A stretch of DNA of 64,000 nucleotides from Chrysomallon squamiferum (GCA_012295275.1 CM022678.1:3162001-3226000), one strand, 5' to 3'. Positions 39,626 through 55,484 are shown, numbered from the stretch's first letter. Numbers and translations: made by a program. Notes: a model not told the origin generated them from the sequence alone.

Positions 39626-40571
39626 CACTTCAACCCTTATTATTATCAATACTGCTACTACTACTGCTATTACTACTATACTTTTAATACTCTACAAGTA
39701 TTTCTTTTAATGCTTCTATTACTATACTACTCTAATATTATTGTCACTACTACTACTACTACTAGTTGTAGTAGTACTACCACTATTATTATTATTATTA
39801 TTATTTTTATTATGACAACAATCACAACTACTACTTCAACAACAATTAGTATTATTAATCATCATGATCATCATCACTGTTATCGTCTTCATCATCATGA
39901 TAATAAAAAAACACAGCAACAAAACCGAACACAAACATGTAAACGAAACGAAATGCCAGATATACGAAATACTGCAGCAAGACTAAATTAATTAATCATC
40001 AGTTTGTAACTTCGGACAGTTGTCGAAAACAGAAAACAGGGGCCGATCCAGTAAAACTAGTTGTTGTAGAAGTAGTAGTAACTGTTTTACTCAGCTTAAA
40101 AGCCCACCCACCCCCAGTACAAGAAGCAGTGTTCTGTGTTTTTATATCTTACACACACGTATTTTTGTGTTGATTGGAATATTAGCAGTTAGTGGTATTT
40201 TGTAGAGATATATTTCCAATGGTCGGGATTGTCGGAAAATAAAATACAGAAATCTGAATCAGTTGTTAGAGAATTAAATATGTAATTATCTGTGTGTGTA
40301 TAATATATGTCTGTCTGTCTGTCCGTCTATCTGTCTATCTGTATATTATCTGTATGTCTGTTATTGTCTTCTGTATATAATTCTAGTTATGTACCTTTCT
40401 CTTCCTTCTTCCTAATGGAGAATTAGAAAAGCAGCATCGCAACACGCGAACGCCAATCCACACATAAACACACACATTTCTATAAAAACCAGACCCAAGC
40501 AAATCATAATAAAACCCCTAAACCGCATCTAAACCATGTTTCATTCATACAAAGTCAATCATCTCTGTTTA

Positions 40572-40608
<37 letters not shown>

Positions 40609-40649
40609 CACTCTACTGAAATCTCAAACGCAAACACGTCTTAGAAAAG

Positions 40650-40687
<38 letters not shown>

Positions 40688-41143
40688 TTCGAAGTTAAAC
40701 CAGCGAACCGCAAAGGTGGAGATTACCACGGAAGTCAGAATTGTTGTTTGTAGTTGATGTTTCCCACATGGCCCACTGACGGCGCACCAGCTCAAAAGGA
40801 AAACTCGACACATGGCCCTTCTGTAATCTCTAGACGAAGTGCAAAAACAGCTGCGGGCCAGATGAAGCCGGCGAGTTTTATGTCGGTTTTAAGAGTTCAT
40901 TCACAGAAAATTTCATTAATGCGGAATCCGCGGACAGATGCTGCAACGGACGTACAGTTTTTGATTTTCCCCAGGCTTATTAACGACGTCTGTTATGACG
41001 TAACAGTGTTGTTGTTGTTGTTGTTGTTGTTGGGGTGCTCGGACGGGAAGAAGTTTGTTGCTTGGTGTTGCCTCCAGTGATATTTAACTGTTACAGAAAT
41101 ATTTTTTTTTTAAAGAATCATACGAGTGTATACGTACTTTATT

Positions 41144-41183
<40 letters not shown>

Positions 41184-41501
41184 CAACATGACATACCTTC
41201 TGTTGTATAAAATAGTAAAATTAACGACTACAACAGCAACACAGTCAATTAGAATAGATACATGTGTATGTGTGTGTGTGTGTGTATATACATATATATA
41301 AAATGTTTGTATGTGTGTATTTATGTGTTGTATATGTGTATATATGTGTGTATGTGTGTTCTATAGATACATATATAAAGCGATACATGTTCTCATGTTA
41401 GTATCAACATTTTTATATGGTTAGCTGTATGAGGGGGTATTAGTGTACATCATTGCATATTAGTTTGTGAATATATCAGTCCAGATATATATATATATAT
41501 A

Positions 41502-42245
41502 CAGTATACCCTCACCTATTCGCGGTTCCCCATTCGCGGCCCCGCATATTCGCGGGTTATGTACCCTAATTATGCTGGTATACCAGGCTAGCGTCATAAC
41601 GTCATAAAAACAAATGCTCGGTAAACCGGGTTTTTGTAGGTCATAGAGACTTAAGTGCCTGAAGAGTAAGAATAATTACCTAAAGTGCTGTAAAGCAGCA
41701 GCTAAGCTGTGCCATACTGTACATTAGTGTTATCATCATCATCGTATGGCACTGCAAATTTCATCATCATTTTATTATCATTCATTATTGGTGACAGCAC
41801 AAACAATATCAAATTTTTTCAATTATTATTGCAATACAGTTGTATTTTTTATAAATGCAACACTTTTATATATTTAGTGACCGTGTATGTTTTTAATTGG
41901 GGTATTATTATTACCTGAACTGTTGCATATGTATTTATCTGTCTGTTTGTTCCACTTTCTGTCAATTCTAATACATATGTTGTACCATAGAAAATGACTT
42001 TATACAGTAATACTGTATGGGTAACTATGCTATGTATGTCCTCCTGCATGTTTCTTTCTGATTAAAATATATATAAAATATATATATATTATACATTAGT
42101 GAAATACATAACTGCATGCAATATATACTACATTATTACTGTATTAATGAGTAAGAGTGTCTTTAGAAAGTGTTTGGGAAGCATTTATACCGTATATAAT
42201 ATATATTTTAAAACTGCATCCAATATTCGCGGTTTTTCGCTTGTA
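41502..42245 (+). mobile_element. pogo/Tigger-like non-autonomous DNA transposon remnant, 3' end truncated
   Basis: Begins TA|CAGTATACCCTCACCTATTCGCGG with repeated subterminal ATTCGCGG motifs (41518-41556); another TATTCGCGG at ~42223; no right TIR found. Confidence 0.55.
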
Positions 42246-42259
42246 AAGAACGTATCATT

Positions 42260-42290
<31 letters not shown>

Positions 42291-42301
42291 CATATACATA
42301 C

Positions 42302-42333
<32 letters not shown>

Positions 42334-42614
42334 ATATATATACCATTGTTATATATTTCATTGTATTCGTATTATTATTCAATATTTTTCTTTATTATTA
42401 TCATCATCATCATCATCATCATCATTATTATCATTGTTGTTTTTATTATTATTATTATTATTACTATTTTTATTATTATTATCGTTATCATTGTTATTGT
42501 TATTGTTCTATTATTATTATTGTTATTATTTTTCATTTATTATTAATATTAATATTATTACTGTTATTATTATTTATTGTTTATTATTATTTAATATTAA
42601 TATTAATATTATTA

Positions 42615-42656
<42 letters not shown>

Positions 42657-42663
42657 GTTTCAG

Positions 42664-42729
42664 ATTATCGATCTACAGAACGAAATAAAATATGGGTCTC
42701 TGACACACAAAGACGCGGCGGAGAGAAAG
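42664..42729 (+). CDS. SOGA/MTCL-family gene, 66-nt internal exon (IIDLQNEIKYGSLTHKDAAERK)
   Basis: Acceptor TTGTTTCAG| and donor AAG|GTAGGT; phase 0/0 matches both flanking exons; continues the heptad pattern after DRLKDQ. Confidence 0.75.
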
Positions 42730-43586
42730 GTAGGTCAAAGTAGACCAATCATACAGCACCAGTGGCTAATTTGCATATTCATGAAGGCCGCGTAAATGTA
42801 ATTATTAGCTGGGGTTTTTTTTTTCTCGGACCTTTTCAAATTTGGTTCTTAAGGCCACACAAACGTAAATATCTGTTTTTCAACGTTTCAGTTGTAACAG
42901 ACGTGTGTAGTTTTGTAAGTCGCATACTGCTGCTGTTGATGATTAGAGTGTGGGCGTGGTTTATTATGGCATGTTTATGCATGAGATTTGTCAATACTGG
43001 ACTTCATAAGCTGATAATCTTATATAGTCTTAGAACTCGATGAAATTACACGAAAGCAGTCAAAGATATTTGTTGTTTACGAAACAAAATGCAGTGATAA
43101 TTTCCCTAAAGATGTAAATTAACAAAAAAAAAAAAATATAATATATTTAACACACACACACACACATACTGGTACGCACGCATGCACGCACTCATATACA
43201 AACGTACACACTACCAAAAACACAACAGTGAAACAATAACAAAAGCAACAACGACAATAAGAACAACAAAGGAAAAATGCAACGTAATAACGAAAGACGT
43301 TACAAAATCGATTTGGTTTAAATGAAATCGATCACGTGTTAAAAAGGCTCTAATTAATTGGATAGTTGCAATGTTTAATGCAGCCAATGATAATTAAACT
43401 TACATTTGACACGTGACATATGCATGAATTATCAGCTTATGAAGTCTTTTTATTTAAATGAAACGAACATACGGGTATTCGAATTTTCTAATGTGAAATA
43501 TTTTAAATTACTTTTAAATGACCGTCTATAAAGAAGGTATAACCAGTTAAATTAACCTTGAAACTATAGAGCTGCACAGATAACAT

Positions 43587-43617
<31 letters not shown>

Positions 43618-44616
43618 TTGTTTCTTGCCCAAAAAGAGAAAATAAAATGAGCTTTGGCTTATAATTAAATTCTAAATTAACTGAAGGAAAAAAATATTTA
43701 TTTAGGTTTTATGTTTATTTTCTTTTCTTTTTCTTTATTTAATTTAATTTTATTTTGTTCTCGTTTTCTTTCTTTTCATTTCTTTTCTTTTATCAGTATT
43801 GTTATTAAAAAGCATTCGGTAGAAACAAATTTCATTGTTTCTCATTAATATTTTAAAATATTTAAAACAATTTTTTGTTTACTTTATTTTGTAATCGTGT
43901 GCCCTTGGGTTTGGTGATTGTGGACATGTTGTTGTAGGTTAGTGTTTTCCACCCTTTTATCGAAGCATCGATATTCAGATTGTTATTTCAGCGTTTTTAA
44001 TCCCTTTGACTGAAAAACCCACATAACGAATGTTATTATAGTTTTTTTCTCTTCCTTTTATAAGGCACCCTATTTGAAGAGTGTCAGTATTCTTTTTCAT
44101 TGATTTCCTCCATTTCAAATAAGCATTTCAGTAAGAACCGAACTGTGATGTATATTTTCAGCTTCAACGAGTAATGGCTATGATGTTGGTATATGTAATT
44201 TCCTCCTTTTTTAAAACGAGGCACTTCACTGAGATCGTCAACCAGTTTTCTTCTCGGGATTATGTAATACTTATACTTTTGTACATCCCACCTCAAAATA
44301 CAAAGCACTACGTTTTAGTTATACTTCTAGAATGGAGCTCACAGAATTCTTTCTGTTTTGTGACCAGTAAACTAAAAGAGAAAACGAGGTTTGAAGAGAA
44401 TCAACACAAAACGTAAAACAGTTAATTCCATTTCTGCTACTTTATTTTAGAACTGAATTATTTACCATATGGCTTGGCGCTCGATTCGACTTTTGACTTG
44501 TTCATTATAAGACACTTTAAACAAATAAATAATGAATGTTAATAATAAATAACCACTGAATATTAATGATAAATAACTGTTGACTATTAAAGATAAATAA
44601 CTATTGAATCTTTTTG

Positions 44617-44648
<32 letters not shown>

Positions 44649-44759
44649 GGATAAAAAACTGTTGAATATTAATTAATAATAAATCTGCTACACTCATAAA
44701 ATTATTTTATGAATGTCATTACGAAAAGACAAATTATGTTATTACTCAATAAAAGATAG

Positions 44760-44820
<61 letters not shown>

Positions 44821-45078
44821 CAAATTTTAGGATTTTTTTGTATAGTTTTTACGGTACGGAAATTATTCTAGTAAATAATATTTCCTTTATAATTTTGTAT
44901 TTTCCGAATACGAAAACTTCTAAAAAATGTTATAATTAATTTAAGCTACCTTTCATTAGAGCAGGTCACATTGCATATCAACTACTGTTAGCTGCGTATC
45001 ATAATTATATATATATATAAACATAAACTAAATGTGACGTCACAGAGCTACTTTGACTCGTATTAAATAACTACACAT

Positions 45079-45170
45079 ATAGCACATACCATACCATAGC
45101 TTTAGATAATGGAGTACTAGTGGAACGGGAAATAGGCCAGTGCTTTTTCCTTGAGTGCAGAACAGATCAC
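45079..45170 (-). mobile_element. Decayed SINE fragment
   Basis: Reverse complement shares ATTTCCCGTTCCA with the copy at ~57435, followed by a TATC.AAAG..TGGTATGTGCTAT segment recalled from gastropod tRNA-derived SINEs. Confidence 0.4.
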
Positions 45171-45858
45171 AGTATCTAGTTCTACTAAGTTTTATACGTC
45201 ATTAGTTTCACACGTGACAAGAGACTGAGTATGTAACTGCTGATGTATTTAAAACATGTCTGATATCTGTAAACATTGTAAAGAAAGTAACATTATACCT
45301 CACTGCTTACGTCAGAAATACACACCTGTATCTCTATGTAATACACAACTGCGTACGATATATTAATACAGTCATTGTTCAGACATTCCTACATGCTTAC
45401 TTACTTACACACGTAACATGTACTTACGACAATCGTAAGTGAGATCGTAACTGGTCTTCATCCTCCTATGCCGAAGCATTCCCGGGTTTTGTCTATCTGC
45501 AAATTATAACAACACGTGCTTAAGTCAGAGAATATTCATACCTAAATACATACATAACTATATACATATATCTGTACACAGGTACGTTTAATGAGAGCTT
45601 GTAATACACGTACAAAGGTTATACTTTCAGCAGTTTTCTTCATTAATATTTGTCTAACAGTTATAACTTAAATTCGCCTCGTCTGAAATTCTAGCATTGA
45701 ATTGTCAAATATTTTTAATATATGCATTCACAGACACACGCACGTATTATATACACATGTACGCATACAAAGACTTACATATTATTATATTATTTGATTA
45801 CTTTTATGTGGCTTTATACTTAAAATCGTTGTTAGTAATCTCGAAAATTATTAGTATC

Positions 45859-45994
<136 letters not shown>

Positions 45995-46268
45995 TATTAA
46001 AATATACTAGCAGAGAAAGAAATAGAGAGAAAACAGACTGAGATAGAATGAACTATACTGAGATACAGATAAACAGACAGACAGACAGAGAAAGAGAGAG
46101 AGAGAGTGAGAGAGAAATGTTGTTGTAAAGAAAGTTTATTTATCTTATTTTCTTACATCCTAGAATTAATCCATTTTTTCTAATATACAGTTTTATGTTT
46201 TCAAGTGAAACAAAAATGTGCAGCAAATATTATCTACAACAGTTTAAAGAGAACGTAAATAATTTATA

Positions 46269-46315
<47 letters not shown>

Positions 46316-47658
46316 TAAGTTTAAACCTATCAGTCCGTAAACCAGAAACCCAAGGTCACACGATGAAACCAAATTTTTCTAAATTTTAAAAAAACAAAAC
46401 GTTTTTGTTAATCTTTACTAACACTGATTCTTTCAAAAGTGATCCGCCTCTTGAAGATCGTATATTGTTTCTTTCAGAGGTACCGAGTATCAGACAACGA
46501 TGACGACTAACCACGTGATCGGTAGCAAATTGCCTCGTGACCAGGTTCTGAAACCACGTGATCAGTATTCTGAGTGTGACCTTGGATGTTCTGAAATGAA
46601 AAAAAAAATCAATCATTCTTCTCTTTATTCCTTTTTTTTCTTTTCTTTTCTTTTCTGTAATTTATGTTTTGACTGCTGCACTGCACGTTACTGTTTATTC
46701 ATTTATTTATTTTTATTTTTATTTTTTTAACGTCTGAGTGAACTGAAAATGGTTTGAACTGTTTGAGGAGGCCAAATGTAAAGAACGAATCGTTTGTTTT
46801 GTGTGTGTGAGAAAAAAAAAACAGAAGAAGAAGAAGAAGAAGAAGAAAAAAAGGTTTCTTTTAGTCATTGCGAATGAAAGCACAAATCTGGATAACCAAT
46901 TATGTGGAATAAAAGAAAAAAATAATAATAATAATAACATCGAAATATCACCGATTTACATCAGCTTTTTTTTTTTCTATAAATAAAATAAATTATTGTT
47001 ATTGTTATTTCGTAACCATATTTTTCATTACTAATCGTTTTTTATTTTCGTTTTTTTTTTTTTTTGTTGTTCGGTTTTGTTCTAATTCGTTTTGTTCTAA
47101 TGGAAGTTACGTTAACGCATTATTTCAGAAATTTGTTTATTCTGTACCATTTTTATCAAATGTAATATTTCACTTTTATAATTTTTTGTTCTGATATTTC
47201 ATAAAAATAACAAATTATTGTTTAAAACGTCACAATATTCTCCGTTTAACTGTTTATTTTTTTAATGTTTCTGAAATATGTATTTATTTGAAAATGGAGA
47301 CATTGTCAGTTTCCTAGAAGGTAAAAAAAAAAAGAAAAAAGAGAGAAAAAAAAAAAAAAGAATTAAAAATGCTTTGTAAATTTTTTTTTGTTCTACTTGC
47401 ATTTTGAGACGCTGTTTTTAAAAAGCTGTGAAAAGTTGTAAAAATGTTTTAATTTGAGTGATCGAGGTTTCCATCACTGCTTCCAGTGGCATTTGTAAAT
47501 AAAGTTTATTTTTAATCGTTATTTCCCTTGTTTTTTTTTAATTGTATTTTCAAATTTAATATTTATTTATTTATTTATTTATTTATCTATTTATTTATTT
47601 ATTTATTTATTTTCATAAATAAGCTTAGTAACTGTTTATTATTATTATTATTATTATA

Positions 47659-47699
<41 letters not shown>

Positions 47700-49224
47700 G
47701 ATTATTATTTTATTTAATGTTAGTGTATATGTTGTGTACTGTATGAATATAATTGTGTATTATCCTGTGCGTCTCTGTATAAGTCTATATGCACGTGTAT
47801 TTTTGAACATGTGTGTACAGGTTTCTCTATTACTGACTCTGCGTGTGTGCGTGTTTTATGAAACGAGGTGGTAAAAAAAATATGAAAAAATTCTTATGTT
47901 TTGGTAGAAATAACACATTTATCACTAATTCGTCAATCATTTTTTATTTTATTTTATTTTTATTTATTATTATTTTTTTTTATGTCCAGTCCTGTAGTTC
48001 GATATAATTTTCCACCGATGATATATATATATATATATCTAAAATCACCCAATTAATAATCACTAATTCTGTCAATCAATGAATCCATGAATTTCAATGT
48101 ACTTTACCCACTGAATATTCAAACATACATTTTCTGGGAATAAAATTAAGTAACCTGGTTGGATTCGATTCTAGAACCTTCCATTGTTATAAAAAAAGAA
48201 AAAAGAAAGAAAGAAAAAAAACCCCAGCTTAATGACTAAATGTTCTGAATTGTGTTACTCCGTTGAAATATCGAAACAACAGAAATAGGCGAAAGGTGAC
48301 GAAATCATACGGAAATAGCCGATCTGCATATAACCGGGTTGAACTGATGAAATAATGCATTAGTCATTCTTGTATGCTGACGGTTAGAGGGCGGGGGGGG
48401 GGTTGCTAGAAGCAACAGGGGAGGGTGCGAATAATAATAATAATAATAAATAAATAAATAAATAAATAAATGGACATTCTACTGTCCACATTGGCATAAT
48501 AGACCCGGCATATTCTGGCTCGTGAATAAAAGCTCACAGTCACTTCAGTTTTTGCACACGTTTTCAGCCAAGTTCCGCGGTTCGCCAGTAAAGGCGGAGG
48601 AATGTACTACGAAAGCATATCAAAATGCCGAAGATCTCGTGGCGTCGATCCAAACCAAGTACGTACGACTGGCAACACGGCGAGATTAGGTTTCCAAGGG
48701 CAGTTCCACAAGTTTTAAACAAGGTTAAAAACCGGCTTAAGTGTCTGTAGCCGAAATCGAGCGGAACAGACGAAAACCACTAATGTTAAAACCACTAATG
48801 TTCATTCGTTGGAGTAGAAAAATAAAGTAGGTAATAATGGAAATACAACTGGGGTCAATTTTGTGATTAATATTTTTTTTTTTTTTTTTTTTTTTTTTTA
48901 CGGCGTCTGCTTTCAGCACGTTTCGCTGTGCAGTTATCATTCTCTCCGTCATTTGGAGTCGGGAATTTGCAAAGGTCAGAGGTCACGAGTTGTAATGCCG
49001 GTGCAGTTTGGAAGAGATAATTACGTCGAGTTGTTATTTTGAAGCCAACGTTTTTCATCACGTCAGAATTATTATTTTTTTGTTCTTCTTTTTTTTAATT
49101 TTCACTTCAAGGGACGATCCATAAGTAATATCTTGTGGCATGTTTAGGGTATAGAATTATCTGGGTTTTTATTATTACTATTATTATATATGTATATTTA
49201 TTTTTTTAAATTATAGTTAAACAG

Positions 49225-49309
<85 letters not shown>

Positions 49310-49614
49310 CTCTCTTTCTGTTTAATAACTTCAGGTTTATTATCTATATAAAATAAAAGTGCACGAATTTATTTTATTTACTTCCTCGTAATTTATTTTA
49401 TTTTATTATTAAAGAAGCTTCGGTTACAAATAAACATCAAACATTTGGCAGATAAAAGTTATTTATTAAGCTTCTTTTTTTTTTTTTTTTTTTTTTCCAC
49501 CTCGACGGAAATAGCTGCATCACGAAAACATGACAACTCTAGCTTCTCGATTTCTGGAAACGTAAATAAATTGGCTAAAAACAAACAAAAAAAGTATTCA
49601 AGTTTACTTAGTGC

Positions 49615-49670
<56 letters not shown>

Positions 49671-49939
49671 TTTTTTTTTTTTTTTTTTTTTTTTTAATCT
49701 TAGTATCATTTACTGGTAAAGTCAGAGTCGTAAATAAAAAATAAATGAATGAATAAATAAATAAATAAAAATAAAAATAAATAAAAAATAAAAAATAAAT
49801 AAATACAAAAATAGAAATAAATAAATAAATATATAAATAAACAAATAAAACATAGTTCACAAGGAAAGAATTAAGGAAACAGCGGGCAAAGATATTTTCT
49901 ATTTTCGTGTTACAACAATTTCTGTCTTGTGCATATCCG

Positions 49940-49980
<41 letters not shown>

Positions 49981-50686
49981 CAACAAAACAAAACAACAAA
50001 AGAAAATTTAAAAAAAATAAAATAAAAAAAGCTACTAGAGTGCAGATTGCAATGACGTCATAATTCTAGCCGTGAAGTCGTAAAAATGGCTTACTTCTGT
50101 TTTTAGCGATGATAGGTTGCCCCAGGTAATAAAATATTCATTTGAGAATACAGAGAATTTTACTAGACGCTATTGATTATTCCCCAGCAAGACCACGGGA
50201 ACAATTTAACCTTTCCTTCCCAAATCTACGAGTCGTTAGGCTAAAGAACAAGCCAGTAAATTGATTTAAAGAACGATTGAAGGTCCAAGCGATTGAGTGA
50301 ATGGTCTGAAGAAAGGAGTACAGATGAGTGAATGAATGGATGGACGAATGAATGAATGAATGAGTTAATCATCTAAGAAATTCTGGGCGAAAGAAAGGAA
50401 GAATTAGGAGAATTCAGGGAATCCAGGTAAGAGAGAAAGATCTAAAACACGCAGCTGACAAAGATTTGTGGAATCTGATACCAAACCTCGGTCATACCAA
50501 TCTACACTCCTGTTTTTTTTTTTTTTTCTTTCTTCTCTTTCATTCATTTATGCTTTCGTTCTTGCTTTCTCTCATTCTTTGTTTCTTACATTTTTCATTT
50601 TCTTTCTTTCTTTCTTTCTGGTATTATGGTATTATATTTTTTGTAATTTCATTTTTCTGACTTTTTTTTTTTCTTTCTTTTTCTTC

Positions 50687-50797
<111 letters not shown>

Positions 50798-51134
50798 CAA
50801 AAGCACTCATCTCTGTATATCATGTCAAAAGCGATATAGCTGTTAGTAGTCGAAGTATCATCACAGAAACTCGTTGTCAAGGCAACCAGAATGTGTATGT
50901 CTTTGTCAGACTTTTGTATTTGTTCCAAAGGTTTACTCATTCATGTCGGAGTTGGTTGCACTGTGTCTGTGCCAGTAGAGAGGTAAAAGCGCCTGGGGTC
51001 TGACTAATGTACACGTCTTTGATTGCCAAGAAGACAGAATAGGAGAAGACATCGCACACAAGTATTAACATTGCTTCAAATCAGGCAGCGTGAGTGAGAA
51101 AGTGAATGAGTAAGCGAAATAGACAGATAGACAG

Positions 51135-51267
<133 letters not shown>

Positions 51268-51535
51268 GGAACGTAGGCAGGTAGATAGAAATATATATCA
51301 AAATAGATAGGTAGACAGACAGATGACTGGATGGCAGAGACATATTGTAAAAGAGAAAGTGAGATAAATTCTGGCATATAAATATTGTTAGCTGAATATA
51401 TACAGATAGAGATAAATAGATTCACACACACGAACACACACACACACACATGCACACACACACACACATAAATATACAAACCCATACATATACACACGTG
51501 TGCGTGTGTGTGTAGATAGAGAGGTGTATGTATAA

Positions 51536-51570
<35 letters not shown>

Positions 51571-53015
51571 TGTGTACATCTATATACATTAATATTGATA
51601 TTGTTACTGTTATTATTATTTCTATTATTATTATTATTACTATTATTATTATTACTATTATTATTATTTCTATTACTATTACTATTATTATTATTAATAT
51701 TATTATTATTATTATTACTATTATTACTATTATTACTATTATTACTATTATTATTATTATTATTATCATTATTATTACTATTATTATTATTATTATTATT
51801 ATTACTATTATTATTATTTCTATTACTATTACTATTATTATTACGACCCAGGACAGAGTAGTCAGTATGCTATTCTATTGTTCACTGGAGACTAGCACTG
51901 TATGATGATGACTGGCAATCTCTGTACCAGATGTTAGTATCTGTGCACAAAAATACTCTCACCTTCCTCTCTCTCTCTGTTTTGTTTGGCATAGCAGAAA
52001 CGTATTAGTACTCTGGAATGAAGACATCTGACGTTACAGTATTTGCTCATAACGCAGACCATTCTAGCTTCTTCTTTTGTGTTTTCCTTGTTTCTTCCAC
52101 TCTTTTTATTATTTTAGTTTTCTGTTGTTGTTGTTGTTGTTGTTTGACAACATCGTCAACGTCTTCATCTTGTGAGGCAGGATGATGAATATTTGTTTGT
52201 GAAGCGAGTAATGATAATGTTTATTTTTCACTAGAATTTTTGTTTCGGTTTTGTTATTTGTAGTCGTAGTAGTTGAGGTAGCTGCGGTTGTAGTTGTTGG
52301 CGTAACTGATATACTGCCAACGGCATGTGTAATATATGTAGTTGTAATAGCAGTAATAAGAGCACAACAGCAGCAGCAGCAGCAACAACAGTAGTAGTAG
52401 CAGTAGTAAGCGTTGTTGAAGTAATAGTAGTAGTAGTAGTAATGGTAATAGTTGTAGCAAACGTAGTAGTGGTGTTGATAATGCTATTGTACTAGTAATA
52501 GAGTATCTGTATTAGTATTAGTAGTGATAATAATACTTGTAGTCGTTGTAGTAGAAGTAGTAGTAATACTGGTACTATTAGCAGTACTAGTAATAGTGTT
52601 GTTATAGCAATAGTAAAAGTACAGGTAACAGTAATATCGATACAAGTATTTTTAGTATAGGAAAAAGTTACAGATGACAATGTTTTGTCAAAAGAGAAAA
52701 GATATGATAATAATAACTTAATTTTGTTAAGTTTTGCAAAACAATTATTTAGATTATCAAGGGAAATAATCTCTCCCTGCCACTAATAATACGAGGAAGA
52801 TTTACCTCCCTTGGTCTGTACCGGTTTCATTCATGGAATTCATATGAATTTAAAATTATAATGTCTATTAAATGTTCACTTTTTTTTTTCATGGACTTAA
52901 TATAACGCACTGAAGCATAAAATAATACGTTTTACTTTTGTGTCTGTTTCTGTCTGTTCTTTTTTGTCTACGTGATTTCTGTTCTTGTTTTTAGACTGTA
53001 TTACTCTATTTTATC

Positions 53016-53113
<98 letters not shown>

Positions 53114-53629
53114 CTATAAATATAATGCAGAATAGCATAAACACATAAAACATATTTAAAACAAAAATGCTAATATAAAGAAGTGTATTCAAAGTATGTA
53201 AATAGATTTCAATCTGTCTTTTATATATATATATATATATTTATTTATTTATTTATTTAGATATCCATTTCTGTTTTTTTTATTATTATAAATTATTATT
53301 ATCATCATCATCATCAGTATCATTATACTTTTATTACTATTATTTTATTTATTTTATTTATTTATTTACATTCCCAGTACAATGTGCACACATTTAAGTA
53401 ACAAAAGTACACCTTCCTTAACATTTACCTGGTTTGATATTTGAAATTACAAAGAGTAATGACTGGTAGAAGTGCAACCTGTGATAACTGATTATCTCTG
53501 GGTAAAGCACAAAGCTGATAGGAATTACATTTCACTGTTGTATTTTCTTGTATTTTTATTTTTCCTTTTTATTTTGCTTTATTCTTGTCGTGCCAGTTCC
53601 GAACCTTGATTCTGAAGTGGAGAAACAAG

Positions 53630-53681
<52 letters not shown>

Positions 53682-54839
53682 TCTATTTATTTACGTACTT
53701 ATTTATTTATTTATTACTTTTACTTTTACGTTTCATTTGTGTTAAACGTATTCATTGTTATTTGATTTTAGTATATTTTCTTTCTTTTTTCTTTCTTTCT
53801 TTCTTTCCTTTTCTTGTTCTGTTGCTTTTTTCTTTCTTTCTTATCTTCATTTATCATTGTTTATTTCATTCATCCGTTCCTGTTCCTGTTTTTTCTTTCT
53901 TTTATTCCTTTATGGATTCATTCATTCTTTCTTTCTTTCCATATAGCATTTTATTATTATTTTGCCTAACTGTATTGACTGTGCTTTACTTTTCAAATCT
54001 ACTGCGCAATTGACATTCCTGTAGTATGACGCGCGTAACTAAATGCGCAGAATGATTAACGTTTATTTTTCACTCAACAAGAAAGTCTAAAACAAGTAAA
54101 CTACTTTTTACAAGAAACTGCAACATCAAACAAACAGAATTACTGTAACTAATTAATTAATTAATTAATTTATTTATTTCTCTGTTTTTGCATGTTTTTC
54201 TATCTATCTCTGTTTCTCTCCGTCGATCTCTCTTTCTTTCGTTCTCTCTCTCTCTCTCTGTATGTTTGTCTTTCTGTCAATTCTTGCCTGTTTGTATGCT
54301 TTATGTCTACTACTTTGTTGTTCTTTCTTTTGTTTTTCCCTTTTCTTCACATTCTCTGTCATTTTTTCTTTCGTGATTGATGTATGTTTGTATGTACGAA
54401 CGTACATGCGTGTGTATCTGCTAGTTTCTTTTTATGTATATACGTATGTATCTATGCAACAGACACGTTTGTTATATAATCTTAAAAAATCAACAACAAA
54501 AAAAAAAAAAAAAAAAAAAAAAAATCAATTTCTTTCCAGTATGTCCAAGACACCATTTTCGAGGTAATTTTCATATGCTTGTTATGGAACTCGACTCAGA
54601 TTTCAAACAAAACCCACGGTAGACACATGATAGGTATTTTATTTACTGAAAACCAGAAACCGGTCTTGTGACGTGTGTATGGAATTCTGTTTTGGCATTC
54701 TTCGGTTTCTGCTCCGCGTTTTCGGTGCGTAGTCAGTCATGTGACAACAGAAGCGAATAATTACGTAATGAAATATGATAGGAATGATACGATGGAAATA
54801 GACGTGAATGTACACTGTCACTGGGTTTGAGAATGAATG

Positions 54840-54952
<113 letters not shown>

Positions 54953-55110
54953 TATATATTAAAACTGAGACTGGCCAGCGAGCGAGGTAGAGCAGTGACT
55001 ATTAGACTTAATTTCCTTCACGCTTCAAGTGAAAACCTGGCTGAGTGCCGTGCGCACCATCTGCTGAATACATAGCAACCCACAGTCTTACACATCACAG
55101 CCAGTGCCTG

Positions 55111-55112
55111 GT

Positions 55113-55151
<39 letters not shown>

Positions 55152-55152
55152 G

Positions 55153-55249
<97 letters not shown>

Positions 55250-55484
55250 CTGTCTCTCTCTGGCTCTCTCTGTCTCAGTCTGTCTGGCTCTCTCTCTCTG
55301 TTTCTCTCTCTGTGTTTCTCTCTCCTTCTCTCTCCCTCTCTCTCCCCCCTCTCTCTCTCTCTCTCTGTCTCTCTCTCTGTCTCTCTCTCTCTCTCTCTCT
55401 GGCTCTCTCTCTCTGTCTCTGTCTGTCTGGCTCTCTCTCTCTCTCTGTGTCTCTCTCTGTTTCTCTCTCTGTGTTTCTCTCTCT

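Noticed and set aside
38757-39991. Mucin-like Thr-rich and Tyr/His-rich ORFs
   Set aside because: They derive from a 45-bp minisatellite with frame-breaking shorter units; no signal peptide or splice sites.
52181-52207. Possible 27-nt phase-0 microexon (DDEYLFVKR)
   Set aside because: Weak acceptor with a competing upstream AG and a weak donor; not supportable without transcripts.
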